From: a bacterium
Lineage (GTDB): Bacteria; UBA8248
Length of the DNA: 64,000 nt
Direction: 5' to 3'
NCBI GenBank assembly: GCA_965219955.1
Contig: OZ244799.1
Span: 1,472,001-1,536,000, forward strand
Positions 38,424 through 50,916 of the stretch are shown here, in pieces. The notes beneath the pieces are model-generated. The model did no database searches and was not told where the DNA came from. It saw only the letters and a list, made by a program, of their open reading frames with translations. The translations under genes were made by a program, and so were the position numbers. Numbering within the stretch: the stretch's first letter is position 1; each line of letters opens with the position of its first letter.

Positions 38424-39047
38424 ATGAGCGAATACCTGGAATTCGACCCCGACGAGATAGAGCGGCGCGAGATTTACCGCCTGCTCACGGGCTCCATCGT
38501 CCCCCGCCCCATCGGCTGGGCGTCATCCGTCAGCAAGGAGGGGGTCCACAACATCGCGCCATTCAGCTTCTTCACCTGCGTTTGCGTGGCGCCGCCGATG
38601 ATATCGCTCACCGTGGCGAGAAACCCCGACGGCACCAGGAAACACACCCTCATCAACGCGGAGGAAACCGGGGAATTCTGCTTCAACGTCGTCACCCACC
38701 GCCACTGGGAGCAGATGGTGGACACGGCGAACGGCATTCCTGCGGAAGAAAGCGAATTCGACGCCACGGGCCTCGAACCGATACCCGCCAGGAAGGTGAA
38801 GGCCCCCCGCATCAAGGACGCGCCCATCCACTTCGAGTGCAAGACCCACAACGTGTTCGAACTGGGGCCGAACAAGCACCCGCTCCTGATCGGAGAAGTC
38901 GTCTACTTCCACGTCAACCCCGACGTCATGACGAACGGATACATCGACATGAAGAAACTAGGTCCCATCGGCCGCCTGAACGGCTTCTGGCAGTGCACGC
39001 TCGGGGAGTTCCTGGAGAGAAGTTTTCAGGACGGCCAGCCGAGATAG
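38424..39047 (+). CDS. Flavin reductase-like FMN-binding split-barrel protein
   Basis: IVPRPIGW, NIAPFSFF, K.T..N....GEF..N, FECK. Confidence 0.9.
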   Translation: MSEYLEFDPDEIERREIYRLLTGSIVPRPIGWASSVSKEGVHNIAPFSFFTCVCVAPPMISLTVARNPDGTRKHTLINAEETGEFCFNVVTHRHWEQMVDTANGIPAEESEFDATGLEPIPARKVKAPRIKDAPIHFECKTHNVFELGPNKHPLLIGEVVYFHVNPDVMTNGYIDMKKLGPIGRLNGFWQCTLGEFLERSFQDGQPR

Positions 39048-39118
39048 GGCCGAGAGCGAACCAGAGAAACCAAGAATCTACTTGATATATAGCACTTAAC
39101 TATCTGTTAATTTGTGCT

Positions 39119-39325
39119 TTACTCTGCATCAAACCCTGCGTCCTGAACGGCGGCGCGCAAGGCGTCAAGGCTCGTCGTCCCCTCATCGAAAACGACCGTC
39201 GCCCTGCCTCCTTCCAGGTCGACGGCGGCCTCGGCCACGCCATCCACGCCGCTTAACGCCTCCTGGACCGCGGATTGACACATCCCGCAACTCATACCGC
39301 CTACGATTATCTCCACTTTGGCCAT
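39119..39325 (-). CDS. copZ: Copper chaperone (HMA domain)
   Basis: GMSCGMC; directly downstream of copA. Confidence 0.85.
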   Translation of the reverse strand: MAKVEIIVGGMSCGMCQSAVQEALSGVDGVAEAAVDLEGGRATVVFDEGTTSLDALRAAVQDAGFDAE

Positions 39326-39361
39326 TTCATGTTTCTCCAAGAAAAAATCGAGTAGGTTGAC

Positions 39362-41794
<2,433 letters not shown>

Positions 41795-41803
41795 GTCATA
41801 CTC

Positions 41804-42952
41804 CTAGCCCAGGGCCTGAAGCTTTATGCTTATGCTCATCTCGCTACCCTCGCGCATCAGGCGCACTTCCACCACGTCGCCCACCTTGTGCGCATCGAGG
41901 GCGTCCAGCAGGTCATTGAGCGAAGTGATGGAGTGCTCCCCCACGCCGACAATCACGTCGCCGAGCACGAGGCGGCCTTCCCGGTTCCTCCCGGTGCCGC
42001 GCAACCCCGCGCCTTCCGCCGCGCTGCCTTTTTGCACGCGGATGATCAGTACGCCCCGCACGCCCAAGCGCTGCGCCGTACCCCTGTCCGCCACATGGAT
42101 GCCGAGCCCGGGCCTGATGACGCGGCCATGACGGAGCAACTGGGGCACGACCCGGTTCACCGTATCCACGGGAACCGCGAAACCGATGCCCGCGTTGGAG
42201 CCCGAGGGGCTGAAAATGGCGGTGTTGACGCCTATCAGGCGCCCGGCGCTGTCCAGCAGAGGCCCCCCGGAATTGCCCGGATTGATCGCGGCGTCGGTCT
42301 GGATGACGCCGCTGATCTTGCGGCCCGACACGGCGTTGATCTCACGCCCCAGGGCGCTGATGATCCCCGTCGTGAGCGTCTGGTCCAGCCCGAAGGGGTT
42401 GCCGATGGCGAACACCCGCTGGCCCACTTGTAAATTGGCGGACTGGCCGACGGAGATAGGCTTCAAGCGATCCCTCGGCGCGTTGATGAACAGAACCGCC
42501 AAATCCTGATCCGGCGCCCTGCCCACCACGCGCGCATCCCACTCGGAATTATCCGCCAGGGTGACGCGCAGGGCGCCCGCCCCCTGGATGACGTGAAAGT
42601 TCGTGATGACGTGGCCCTGATCGTTCCAGACGAAGCCCGAACCCGTACCCTGGGGAATCTCGAACAAGTTGAGGCTGAACCCATCGCGCCTCATTGCCAA
42701 TCTCGTGATGTATACGACCGACGGGGAGGAGAGGCGGAAAAGCTCTATGTTGGATTTTTCCTCGGCGGCGAGATCGCCTCGCGGGGTGACGACGCGGGGC
42801 ACGGCGTCCGGATCGTGGAGGTTGTCGAAATAGTCCCCCGCGAACAGCCATGCGAGAGCGACACCCAGCAAAAATACGCACCAGACGAGCCATCGCCATC
42901 CGCCGGCATACGTGGGACCTCCGCGCCTGAATTCCCGACCTCCCCCGTTCAT
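41804..42952 (-). CDS. HtrA/Deg-family serine protease with PDZ domain
   Basis: TM anchor, TNFHV, DLAVL, DAAINPGNSGGPL. Confidence 0.93.
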   Translation of the reverse strand: MNGGGREFRRGGPTYAGGWRWLVWCVFLLGVALAWLFAGDYFDNLHDPDAVPRVVTPRGDLAAEEKSNIELFRLSSPSVVYITRLAMRRDGFSLNLFEIPQGTGSGFVWNDQGHVITNFHVIQGAGALRVTLADNSEWDARVVGRAPDQDLAVLFINAPRDRLKPISVGQSANLQVGQRVFAIGNPFGLDQTLTTGIISALGREINAVSGRKISGVIQTDAAINPGNSGGPLLDSAGRLIGVNTAIFSPSGSNAGIGFAVPVDTVNRVVPQLLRHGRVIRPGLGIHVADRGTAQRLGVRGVLIIRVQKGSAAEGAGLRGTGRNREGRLVLGDVIVGVGEHSITSLNDLLDALDAHKVGDVVEVRLMREGSEMSISIKLQALG

Positions 42953-43581
42953 GTCGACTCCTCGCTCCGCGTCCAGGGCAGGCTCATGAAAGCACGCTCG
43001 CAGTCTGCGCGCAAAGATGGCTCATCCCGGGAGCACCTCGCGATGATATGCGCGCCCTGAATCTGGGAGAAATAAGAACGCGCGAATACAAGCGGGGTGA
43101 TACGCCCCGGAAGGTCTCCTTCTTTTTGGGACTGCGCCAATACGAGGGCAATTCTCTCGAAAACGCCGTCCCACACCTTTTTCAGCTTCACGCGCATCTC
43201 CTCGTCCAGGGCGCTGAGCTCGAGCGAGAGGTTCCCGATGGGGCATCCGCAGCACGGGGAATCCTGAATCGGCATGCGGGCGTAGGACTCCGCCAGACGC
43301 CGGATTTTCTCACGCCCCCTCGCCTGAATATCAAACGATGGAGAGAGGTAGTTTTGATGAAGAAGCGATTCGTAATGATCGATGACGGCGAGCCCCAGGT
43401 TCTTCTTGGAGCGGAAAAAATAATACAAACTCCCCCGGTTCACCCGGGCGGCCTGCGCGACCATGTCCAGTGAGGTGGCGTGAAAACCATTTTGATAGAC
43501 GAGCCGCGCGGCCGCATCTATGATTTTTTGTTTCGTCGCGGACGCCTTGGGGCCTTTGGGCGTCGCCGTTGCTGATTCCAT
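42949..43581 (-). CDS. TetR-family regulator (NemR/ComR-like, CCGCP motif)
   Basis: N-terminal HTH (GFHATSL..VA....V.RGSLYYFF.SK); ATGA overlap with the protease gene. Confidence 0.9.
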   Translation of the reverse strand: MESATATPKGPKASATKQKIIDAAARLVYQNGFHATSLDMVAQAARVNRGSLYYFFRSKKNLGLAVIDHYESLLHQNYLSPSFDIQARGREKIRRLAESYARMPIQDSPCCGCPIGNLSLELSALDEEMRVKLKKVWDGVFERIALVLAQSQKEGDLPGRITPLVFARSYFSQIQGAHIIARCSRDEPSLRADCERAFMSLPWTRSEEST

Positions 43582-43636
43582 TCCCTATTACTCCGATCCG
43601 TTGGAAACCGCCTGGTGAACAGCAGTCTACCGGAAA

Positions 43637-43670
43637 AGGATAATTTATTTTAGTTAGTCAGTCAACTAAA
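43637..43670 (-). promoter_or_regulatory. Sigma70 promoter with overlapping palindromic operator upstream of tetR
   Basis: Minus strand TTGACT-17 bp-TATCCT; palindrome TTTAGTT-N8-AACTAAA at 43649-43670 spans the -35 box. Confidence 0.65.
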
Positions 43671-43707
43671 TTTTGGGGCTGTTCGGGAAACTTGGTGCGC
43701 AAATCCG

Positions 43708-44646
43708 TTACGCCGTGAGTTCCCGCAAATGCGCGACGACGGAGCGCTCGAGAGCCTCGAGGTTGTATCCGCCTTCGAGCAGGCAGACAAGCCGCCCCTC
43801 GCAGAGGTTTTCGGCAAGCGCCTTCACCCAACCGGTCAGACGGGCGAACCCGGCTTCGGTGATCATCAGCCCCCCGAGCGGGTCGTCCCGGTGCGCGTCG
43901 AACCCAGCCGATACGACGATAGCCTCCGGCCCGTGCGCCTCGATGGCGGGGATGACGCTTTCCTGAAATTTATTCAGATATTCCTCCTCGGGCGTTCCCG
44001 CCGCGACGGGAATGTTGAGCGTCGCACCCTCGCCCGCTCCTTCTCCGGTCTCGCCCGCCAGCCCCGTACCCGGATAGTGGGGATGCTGGTGCAGGGAGAC
44101 GAAAAGCACGTCCGGATCGCTCCAGAAAATATGCTGGGTGCCGTTTCCGTGATGCACGTCCCAATCCACCACGGCGATTCTCCGGAGCCCGTGTTTTTCC
44201 TGCAGATACCGGACCAGGATGGAGGCGGTGGCGAACAGGCAGAAACCCATGGATTGATGGGGCAAGGCGTGATGGCCCGGCGGTCTGGCGGCGCAAAAGG
44301 CGTTATCGGCTTCTCCGGCCACGACGGCATCCGCCGCGCTCAGGGCCGCATCCACGGAGGCGAGAGCGGCCTCATAGCTACCGGGGCCCGCCAGCGTGTC
44401 GCCGCCATCGAGAACGCACCTGCCGCCGGCGCACGCCTCCCGCACGAAATCGTGGTGCGGTTCCTCATGCACCCTCAGAACCCACTCCCTGGCGTCGTGT
44501 GGCTGAATCTCCATGTGCCTGAGCGACGGGACTTGCGGGAGAATTCTCTCGGGCGTCAGGCGTCTGGCGCGCTCGACGTTCTCCACGTGCCGGCCGTTGT
44601 CGTGCATGAGCGATTCGGGCGTCCAGAAATACGCGGTCCGGCTCAA
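43708..44646 (-). CDS. Histone deacetylase-family amidohydrolase
   Basis: RPPGHHA, GFCLF, DWDVHHGNGTQ, SAGFDAH, LEGGY; TTG start overlaps the dppB-like stop. Confidence 0.93.
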   Translation of the reverse strand: MSRTAYFWTPESLMHDNGRHVENVERARRLTPERILPQVPSLRHMEIQPHDAREWVLRVHEEPHHDFVREACAGGRCVLDGGDTLAGPGSYEAALASVDAALSAADAVVAGEADNAFCAARPPGHHALPHQSMGFCLFATASILVRYLQEKHGLRRIAVVDWDVHHGNGTQHIFWSDPDVLFVSLHQHPHYPGTGLAGETGEGAGEGATLNIPVAAGTPEEEYLNKFQESVIPAIEAHGPEAIVVSAGFDAHRDDPLGGLMITEAGFARLTGWVKALAENLCEGRLVCLLEGGYNLEALERSVVAHLRELTA

Positions 44647-45560
44647 TGGAGTCTCACTCTCGGGTCAAGGACGGAATACATCATGTCAACGATGAGGTTC
44701 AAAGACACGAAAATCAGGGCAGTGATGGTCACCGAAGCCTGCACCAGCGGGAAATCCTTGGCGTAGACGGCCTGAATCAGGAGCCTGCCCACGCCCGGCC
44801 AGGAGAAAATCGTCTCGACGATCACGGCGCCGCCGAGTAAATGCCCGAATTCCAGGCCGATGATGGTGATCACCGGAATCAGGGAGTTTCTGAGCACGTG
44901 CAGGTTGACGACGACCCACTCGGAGAGTCCCTTCGCGCGAGCGGTCTTCACGTACTCATGGCGCAGCACCTCCAGCATGGAGCTTCGAACCACCCGCGCA
45001 TTTCTCGCAATCGAGTAGGTGGAAAGCGCGATGGCGGGCAGCACCAGATGCTCCCAGCCGCCTCTTCCGCTGACGGGCAGCCACCTCAGACCCACCCCGA
45101 AGACGAGGATCAGCATCAAACCGAGCCAGAAAACGGGCATGGATTGCCCCAGGAGCGCGAACAACATCCCCCCGTGATCATACGGAGAGCCGCGCTGCGT
45201 CGCGCTGATGATCCCTACCGGAAACGCCAGGATGATCGAGAGGACCAGCGCCACCAGGGCGAGTTCCAGCGTCGCCGGCAGACGCTCCATGATGAGTTCG
45301 AACGCGGGCTGGCGGTAGCGCAGGCTTTCTCCGAAATCACCCTGAACCGCCCTGCCCACGTAGAGCGTGTATTGAACGAACCAGGGCTTGTCCAGACCCA
45401 GGTCTTCTTTGAGTTTCTGAACCTCCTCGACCGTCCAGTCCTCGCCCACCATGGTGTCCGTCGGGTCGCCCGACAGGAACAAGACGGCGAACGAGATGAA
45501 GCTCACGCCGACCACGACCACGACGGCCCGAAGAAATCGTCTGAAGAGATAGGCGCCCAT
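44643..45560 (-). CDS. Peptide/nickel ABC permease (DppB-like)
   Basis: GLDKP...QY, GDFGES, RLPATLEL, TARAKGL, ETIFSWPG.G. Confidence 0.93.
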   Translation of the reverse strand: MGAYLFRRFLRAVVVVVGVSFISFAVLFLSGDPTDTMVGEDWTVEEVQKLKEDLGLDKPWFVQYTLYVGRAVQGDFGESLRYRQPAFELIMERLPATLELALVALVLSIILAFPVGIISATQRGSPYDHGGMLFALLGQSMPVFWLGLMLILVFGVGLRWLPVSGRGGWEHLVLPAIALSTYSIARNARVVRSSMLEVLRHEYVKTARAKGLSEWVVVNLHVLRNSLIPVITIIGLEFGHLLGGAVIVETIFSWPGVGRLLIQAVYAKDFPLVQASVTITALIFVSLNLIVDMMYSVLDPRVRLH

Positions 45561-45563
45561 CGT

Positions 45564-47111
45564 CTATTCTTTCGCCTCTTTCAAGCGGATCGTGGGCAGG
45601 TAGATCCTCTCGTCCGGCCTCGGCGTCCATTGCGTTCTGGCGCTCAAGCCGAAAAAATCATACTGGTTCCAGAGGAATACCCACGGGCTTTCTTCATGAA
45701 CGATGCGCTGCATCCGGTAGCTGATCCGCTTGCGCTCGGCGGAGTCGAACGTCTGGCCCAGCAACTTGTAATTTTGAATAAACTCCCGGTTTCTCCAGGC
45801 GGTGAGGTTCGCAAAAAGGTTGGGCCTCAACACGCCCAGGTCGAGTTCTTCGTTGAAGGCGGAGCTGAACCCGTGAAAATACAAGGGCGCCAGCGTCTTT
45901 TTTCTTCTTCTGGCGAGAAAAACGGACCACTCCAGGGGGATCACCTCCACGCGGACGCCCACGTCGCGGAAATAAGCCGCCAAAAATTCCGACATCTCCT
46001 TTCCTTTCAAATACCTGGAAGCGGGCACTTCAAGTTTCACCTCAAACGGCTTTCCATTCGCTTCCAATACACCGTCCCCATTCGTATCCTTCAGACCGGC
46101 CTCGGCGAGGAGGGCTTTCGCCTTTTGAGGATCGTAGGCGTACGCCTTGATATCCGGGTCGGCGTTCGGGGGGTTCACGATACTCTTCATCCGGGAGCCA
46201 TGACCCAGAAAAACGTTCCTGACGATGGCCTCGAAATCAATCGCGTGGTTCAGCGCCCGGCGAACGCGAGGGTCGCCGAGCACCCCGTGATCCGTGCGAA
46301 TCCCCAGATAAATCCTGCGTCCCCCCCGGGCGCCTTTGAGCTGGAGACCCTCTTCTCTCGCCAGAATGGTTTTCGATTGATCGGGCGAGATGTTCATGAT
46401 GACGTCGGCCCCGCCCGTCTCAAGCTCCCCGATGCGGGCCGAAGCCTCGGCCACTGGACGCCAAACCACTTTTTTTATGGCGGGCTCACCCCGCCACCAG
46501 TTCTCGTTGGCCTCCATCTCGACGTGATCGTCCTTGACCCATTTCACCAGCTTGTAGGGCCCCGAGCCCACGGGTTTTTTCAACAGTTCCTTGGGCGGGG
46601 TCGATGAATAATACCCGGGCGGTAGCATGAACGCGTTCACCATCCACACAGGCAGGGTGGCGACCGGGCGCTTCGTATGAATCTTCACGGTGTGGGAGTC
46701 CACTTTTTCCACCCTGTCCAGAAAAATCCTCCGGTAAACCGTGGTGCGGGGCTTGAGTTTCCTGTCCCGCATCCGCTCGAAGGTGTAGCGCACGGATTCC
46801 GCATCGAACGGCTCGCCGTTATGAAACTTCACACCCTTGCGCAGATGAAACGTCCAGACCTTTTTCGTTTCGTCCACCTCCCAGCGTTCGGCCAGGGCGG
46901 GCCCCAGCGTCATATCGCCGCGCCGCTCGATGAGCGGGTCGAACATGTTCATCAATATGCTCCACTCGATGGTGGCCGTGGCGAAATGGGGGTCGAGCGT
47001 ATTGGCTTCCACCGAGAGGAGAACCGTGAAGGGACCCTGTTTCGCTTCGCGGCCGCAGGCGGCGAGCGCCACGAGCAGCAGGCAAAATCCGCACAACAAG
47101 GCTCTTTTCAT
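45564..47111 (-). CDS. Peptide ABC substrate-binding lipoprotein (DppA-like)
   Basis: LAAC lipobox, LDPH, LR.GVKFHNG, GSGPYK, VRRAL.HAID. Confidence 0.93.
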   Translation of the reverse strand: MKRALLCGFCLLLVALAACGREAKQGPFTVLLSVEANTLDPHFATATIEWSILMNMFDPLIERRGDMTLGPALAERWEVDETKKVWTFHLRKGVKFHNGEPFDAESVRYTFERMRDRKLKPRTTVYRRIFLDRVEKVDSHTVKIHTKRPVATLPVWMVNAFMLPPGYYSSTPPKELLKKPVGSGPYKLVKWVKDDHVEMEANENWWRGEPAIKKVVWRPVAEASARIGELETGGADVIMNISPDQSKTILAREEGLQLKGARGGRRIYLGIRTDHGVLGDPRVRRALNHAIDFEAIVRNVFLGHGSRMKSIVNPPNADPDIKAYAYDPQKAKALLAEAGLKDTNGDGVLEANGKPFEVKLEVPASRYLKGKEMSEFLAAYFRDVGVRVEVIPLEWSVFLARRRKKTLAPLYFHGFSSAFNEELDLGVLRPNLFANLTAWRNREFIQNYKLLGQTFDSAERKRISYRMQRIVHEESPWVFLWNQYDFFGLSARTQWTPRPDERIYLPTIRLKEAKE

Positions 47112-47132
47112 GCGCGAGTTCCCTTCCGAAAC

Positions 47133-48065
47133 CTACATGTCATCGCCGAGGCGGGGGTCCATGTAGTCCCTCAGCCAGTCGCCGATGAGGTTGATGCTCA
47201 GAACCGTCGCCATGATGGCGAGACCCGGGAAAGTCGCCATCCACCACGCGCCTCTCAGATATTCACGCCCTTCGGCGAGCATGCCCCCCCAGGTGACGAC
47301 CGAAGGCGGAACGCCGAACCCCAGAAAGCTGAGCGAGGATTCGGAAATGATGTTTCCCGCTACGGCAAAGGTGGCGATGACGATCAGAGGCGAGAGGGTG
47401 TTGGGCAGTATCTGCATGAACAGTATGCGGTACAAAGGGTAGCCCAGGGCATGGGTGGCCTCCACGAATTCGCGCTCCCTTATCGAGATGACCTGTCCTC
47501 TCACCACGCGGCCGTACGCCACCCACCGGCTGATCCCCAGCACCACGATGATGTTGAACAGGCCCGGCCCGACGACCGCCATGATCGTGAGGGCCAGAAG
47601 CATAAAGGGAAACGCCAGTTGAATCTCGGAAAACCCGCTGATGAGATCGTCGATTTTTCCGCCGAAAAAGCCGGAAACAAGCCCCAGAACGATGCCGATC
47701 ACTCCTGAAATCACCACCGAACTCAAACCCACGAGAATGGAGACGCGGCCCCCGTACATGAGCCGGCTCAAAACGTCCCGGCCCAGCGCGTCTGTTCCCA
47801 GAAAATAGCGCGCGCTTCCGCCCTCCACCCAGACAGGCGGCTTCAGGCGCAGGTTGACGTCCACCAGGCTCGGGTCTTGCGGCACAATGAGAGGGGCGGA
47901 AAAAGAAACGACCACCAGCAGGATGAGAAAAACGCCCCCGAGCATCGCCGGTTTGGCGCGCATCAAGCTGCGGCGGAATTTCGCCCACCGGAGCTCCGAT
48001 TCCGGAATCATCGGGTATCCATCCGCATCAATAGCGGATTCGGACATTGTTCTATCTTCGGACAT
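47133..48065 (-). CDS. Peptide ABC permease (DppC-like)
   Basis: LGTDALGRD, ESSLSFLG.G, WGGML, W....PG, GDWLRD..DPR. Confidence 0.93.
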   Translation of the reverse strand: MSEDRTMSESAIDADGYPMIPESELRWAKFRRSLMRAKPAMLGGVFLILLVVVSFSAPLIVPQDPSLVDVNLRLKPPVWVEGGSARYFLGTDALGRDVLSRLMYGGRVSILVGLSSVVISGVIGIVLGLVSGFFGGKIDDLISGFSEIQLAFPFMLLALTIMAVVGPGLFNIIVVLGISRWVAYGRVVRGQVISIREREFVEATHALGYPLYRILFMQILPNTLSPLIVIATFAVAGNIISESSLSFLGFGVPPSVVTWGGMLAEGREYLRGAWWMATFPGLAIMATVLSINLIGDWLRDYMDPRLGDDM

Positions 48066-48284
48066 TCATCTATTCTCGCGCCTTGGTGACATATTTCGTG
48101 AGTTGAGACGCTCCGCATCCTAGCATAGCGGAACGCGCGTTGCAGAAGCCCCGGGGGTGAAATCGCCGCACCCCGGAATGTCGATTCATGTTGATATCCG
48201 CAAGGCTATCGAATTAGAATCGCCTGTTTCGATTTTGGAGCCGCCAGGGGATTCACGCTGATTCTCGAAGAAGGAAAGTTTTCC

Positions 48285-49721
48285 TTGCCTCGCCACACGA
48301 AAGATGATTTCAACGAAGTGTTGACTTCCGCCGTTCCGGCAGGCTCGACGTTCGGCTTTCAGGGCCTGCGCGCGGTCGATTCCATTACCGTGGAAAACAT
48401 CGTCCCCCTCGATTTCCTCATCGCCTGTGACTACGGGCTCGACGGTCCGGAGTGGGACAGGCGCCTGCGCTATTTCGCCGTGGAGCGCGGGCGGAACAGA
48501 CGAATCGTGTGGACGCATTCATCGCTCGTAGAGGCTTATGAAGGCGCCCTGGGCTCTCAAATCCGGGAGTTTCTCTCGCAAGGGGACGCTCCCCGGTACG
48601 TCATCCCCTACCGCTCCACGGAATTCCTCGGAAAGCTCGCCGAAGAAGCCGACGGCAGGCTCCACATTCTGGCGAACCCGGTGGAAATCAAGACGAGACT
48701 CGACGACAAGATATCCTTCCGCCGCCAGGCGATCGAAGCAGGGTTCGCCGTTCCCCCGGGCGACGTGGTGGCGCTGGGTGAACTCGGACTCAATCAACTC
48801 GAAGAATTCGGCCCCGTTATGATCATTTCGGAGCGAATCGGTTCCTCCGGCAACCAGACGCACTTCATCGACTCACCCGAGGCGCTCGCAACGAAACGGG
48901 ATGAACTCATCGAGAAACTGGGCCCCGATGCGCCGGTGATCGTGAGCGCGTTTCTAAGCGGCCCCGCCGTGGGAACGGCAGGGTTGATTTATGACGGCAA
49001 ACCCTGGATGTCCCACCCCTCGGTGATGTTCACGGGAATTCCCGGCTGCTCCATGCACCGCTTCGACTATGCCGGAAGCGATTATGCGGCGTATCGGCTG
49101 GTTTCCGGGGAGAGCCGGCGAAAAATCGAAGAATTCACCCTGAAAATCGGAGAGTGGATAGCAGAGGCGGGCTACCGGGGAATATACGGCGTCGATTTCA
49201 TCGTCCATCGGGACGAACCCTACGCCCTCGAACTCAATCCGCGCGTACTGGGGACAACACAACTGATGACCGAACTCGAGGAAATACACGGCGACGCACC
49301 CACCACCACCTACTGGCATCTGGCCGAATTCCTGAAGCCGGGCGCCGCTCTCGACGCGCGTCAGGACTTGCTCGCCGAACTCAGCCGGCCGGATTTATCC
49401 GGTTTCCAGCTCCTGATTCGAAACACGAGTCCTTCGAGAGTCCGAATCGGCTCCTCGCTGGAACCCGGCATCTACACTATCCAGAATGGAAAGCCCGAAT
49501 TCATCCGGCGGGGGTATCGCCTGAGCGACGTTCAAGACCAGGATGAAGTGCTGGTGACTTGCTCTCCCCCGGCGAAAGGCACCATAGTAGAGCCGAGGGG
49601 AGCGTTCTGTAAGCTCGAGGGCGTTTCATCCATCTATGAAGGGGGAGAAAAGCAGATATCTCCGCACGCCCGGGAAATGATTGACAGTTTCACGCGCCGC
49701 CTCGCGCTTTCTCCCGCTTAG
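48285..49721 (+). CDS. ATP-grasp fold ligase of unknown substrate
   Basis: LDDK..FR...EAG..VPP, GSSG..T.FI loop, GIYGVDFI, ELNPR. Confidence 0.8.
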   Translation: MPRHTKDDFNEVLTSAVPAGSTFGFQGLRAVDSITVENIVPLDFLIACDYGLDGPEWDRRLRYFAVERGRNRRIVWTHSSLVEAYEGALGSQIREFLSQGDAPRYVIPYRSTEFLGKLAEEADGRLHILANPVEIKTRLDDKISFRRQAIEAGFAVPPGDVVALGELGLNQLEEFGPVMIISERIGSSGNQTHFIDSPEALATKRDELIEKLGPDAPVIVSAFLSGPAVGTAGLIYDGKPWMSHPSVMFTGIPGCSMHRFDYAGSDYAAYRLVSGESRRKIEEFTLKIGEWIAEAGYRGIYGVDFIVHRDEPYALELNPRVLGTTQLMTELEEIHGDAPTTTYWHLAEFLKPGAALDARQDLLAELSRPDLSGFQLLIRNTSPSRVRIGSSLEPGIYTIQNGKPEFIRRGYRLSDVQDQDEVLVTCSPPAKGTIVEPRGAFCKLEGVSSIYEGGEKQISPHAREMIDSFTRRLALSPA

Positions 49722-49734
49722 GACATCGTGGAAA

Positions 49735-50904
49735 TTGAAAATAGATTCTTTCGCATCCACCGCCCGGGGTCTGTTCCTCTCTCCCGGGAGTCCGTATGCC
49801 TTTCAGGCGGATTTCACGCCCGACCCGCAGGCCGTTCCTTCCAACGGCATCTTCCTGGGTGAGGTCGTTGACGTTCCCGAAAACGCGCCCATTGATCGCC
49901 TGGAAACGCTCGAAGCTCTCCAGGGAACGCAAGACGCCTGGAAGACGAGCGAAATGAAATTGCGCGAAAAAATGAACTTGGTCGTGACAATTGGCGGGCG
50001 CTATGCGAATCGCAGCGTTTCGGGCCGTGCGCCGGACTCGCCCGCAGAGCCTGGCGTCATACTCGACCTGCTGAACGTCGGCGGCGTCTGCGGGGTCCGC
50101 ACGAACCCCGATACGCCGTGCGTGAAAATAGAGGTGAAAGGGGGCGTCGCGCTGCGAGGCGAACCCGCCACGCTTTCTCATCTCCCCGTCATTCCCGATA
50201 CCCGGTGCCCCGTGGATGAAGAGGGAATTCCCTGCGCTCCCATTATCCTGGTCACCGGCTCCGAGATGGACGTGGGCAAAACGACCTGCGCGTCTTCGCT
50301 CGCCTCCGCCCTTCACTCCTCGGGCATCCACGTCTCGTACGTGAAACTCACGGGAACGGGACGCATGCGGGATCTCATGCAGGTAAACTACGGAAGACCG
50401 CTCGGGTTTTTCGATTCAGCGAGACTCGGGTGGGATTTCGTCGATGCGGGTCTCGCATCCACATGCGGCGCCTCCCCGCGCAGGGTCAGGCGATGCGCCC
50501 AGAACCTGCTTCGCCACGGCTGCGCGAAGGCGGAGATCGTGATTGCGGAATTGGCGGATTCCCCGTCTTCCGACGCCAGCCTCCACGTGGCGAGCGACCC
50601 CTGGGTCAAAGACTGGCTCGCGCGCAGAGGTCTGATAATCTGCGCATGTGATACGCTGGAATCAACGCTCATCGTTCACTGGATACGGAGCCACCTGGAA
50701 GTGGAGGAGGAAAACATGCTCATTTCCGGAAAGCTCGCGAACGAAGCGCATGCGCGCGAGGAGGCGTACCGCATGACCGGCATCCGCGCCCTGAGTTGCA
50801 CAGCTCCGAATCCCTCCTCCCTCGCGGGCGAGAGGGCTGTCGGCGGAGCCATCGCGGACTGGGTGGCAAAACACTTTATGCGCCAGCGCAAGTCGGTCTT
50901 CTAA
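49735..50904 (+). CDS. DUF1611-like P-loop protein
   Basis: ILVTGSEMDVGKTT, KLTGTG..RD, DFVDAG..ST, AELAD; TTG start inferred at 49735. Confidence 0.7.
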   Translation: MKIDSFASTARGLFLSPGSPYAFQADFTPDPQAVPSNGIFLGEVVDVPENAPIDRLETLEALQGTQDAWKTSEMKLREKMNLVVTIGGRYANRSVSGRAPDSPAEPGVILDLLNVGGVCGVRTNPDTPCVKIEVKGGVALRGEPATLSHLPVIPDTRCPVDEEGIPCAPIILVTGSEMDVGKTTCASSLASALHSSGIHVSYVKLTGTGRMRDLMQVNYGRPLGFFDSARLGWDFVDAGLASTCGASPRRVRRCAQNLLRHGCAKAEIVIAELADSPSSDASLHVASDPWVKDWLARRGLIICACDTLESTLIVHWIRSHLEVEEENMLISGKLANEAHAREEAYRMTGIRALSCTAPNPSSLAGERAVGGAIADWVAKHFMRQRKSVF

Positions 50905-50916
50905 AAGAGAAAACCC

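Noticed and set aside
48066-48284. RiPP precursor peptide for the ATP-grasp enzymes
   Set aside because: No convincing small ORF with RBS and graspetide-like core found; the only structure is a modest GC hairpin near 48150-48176
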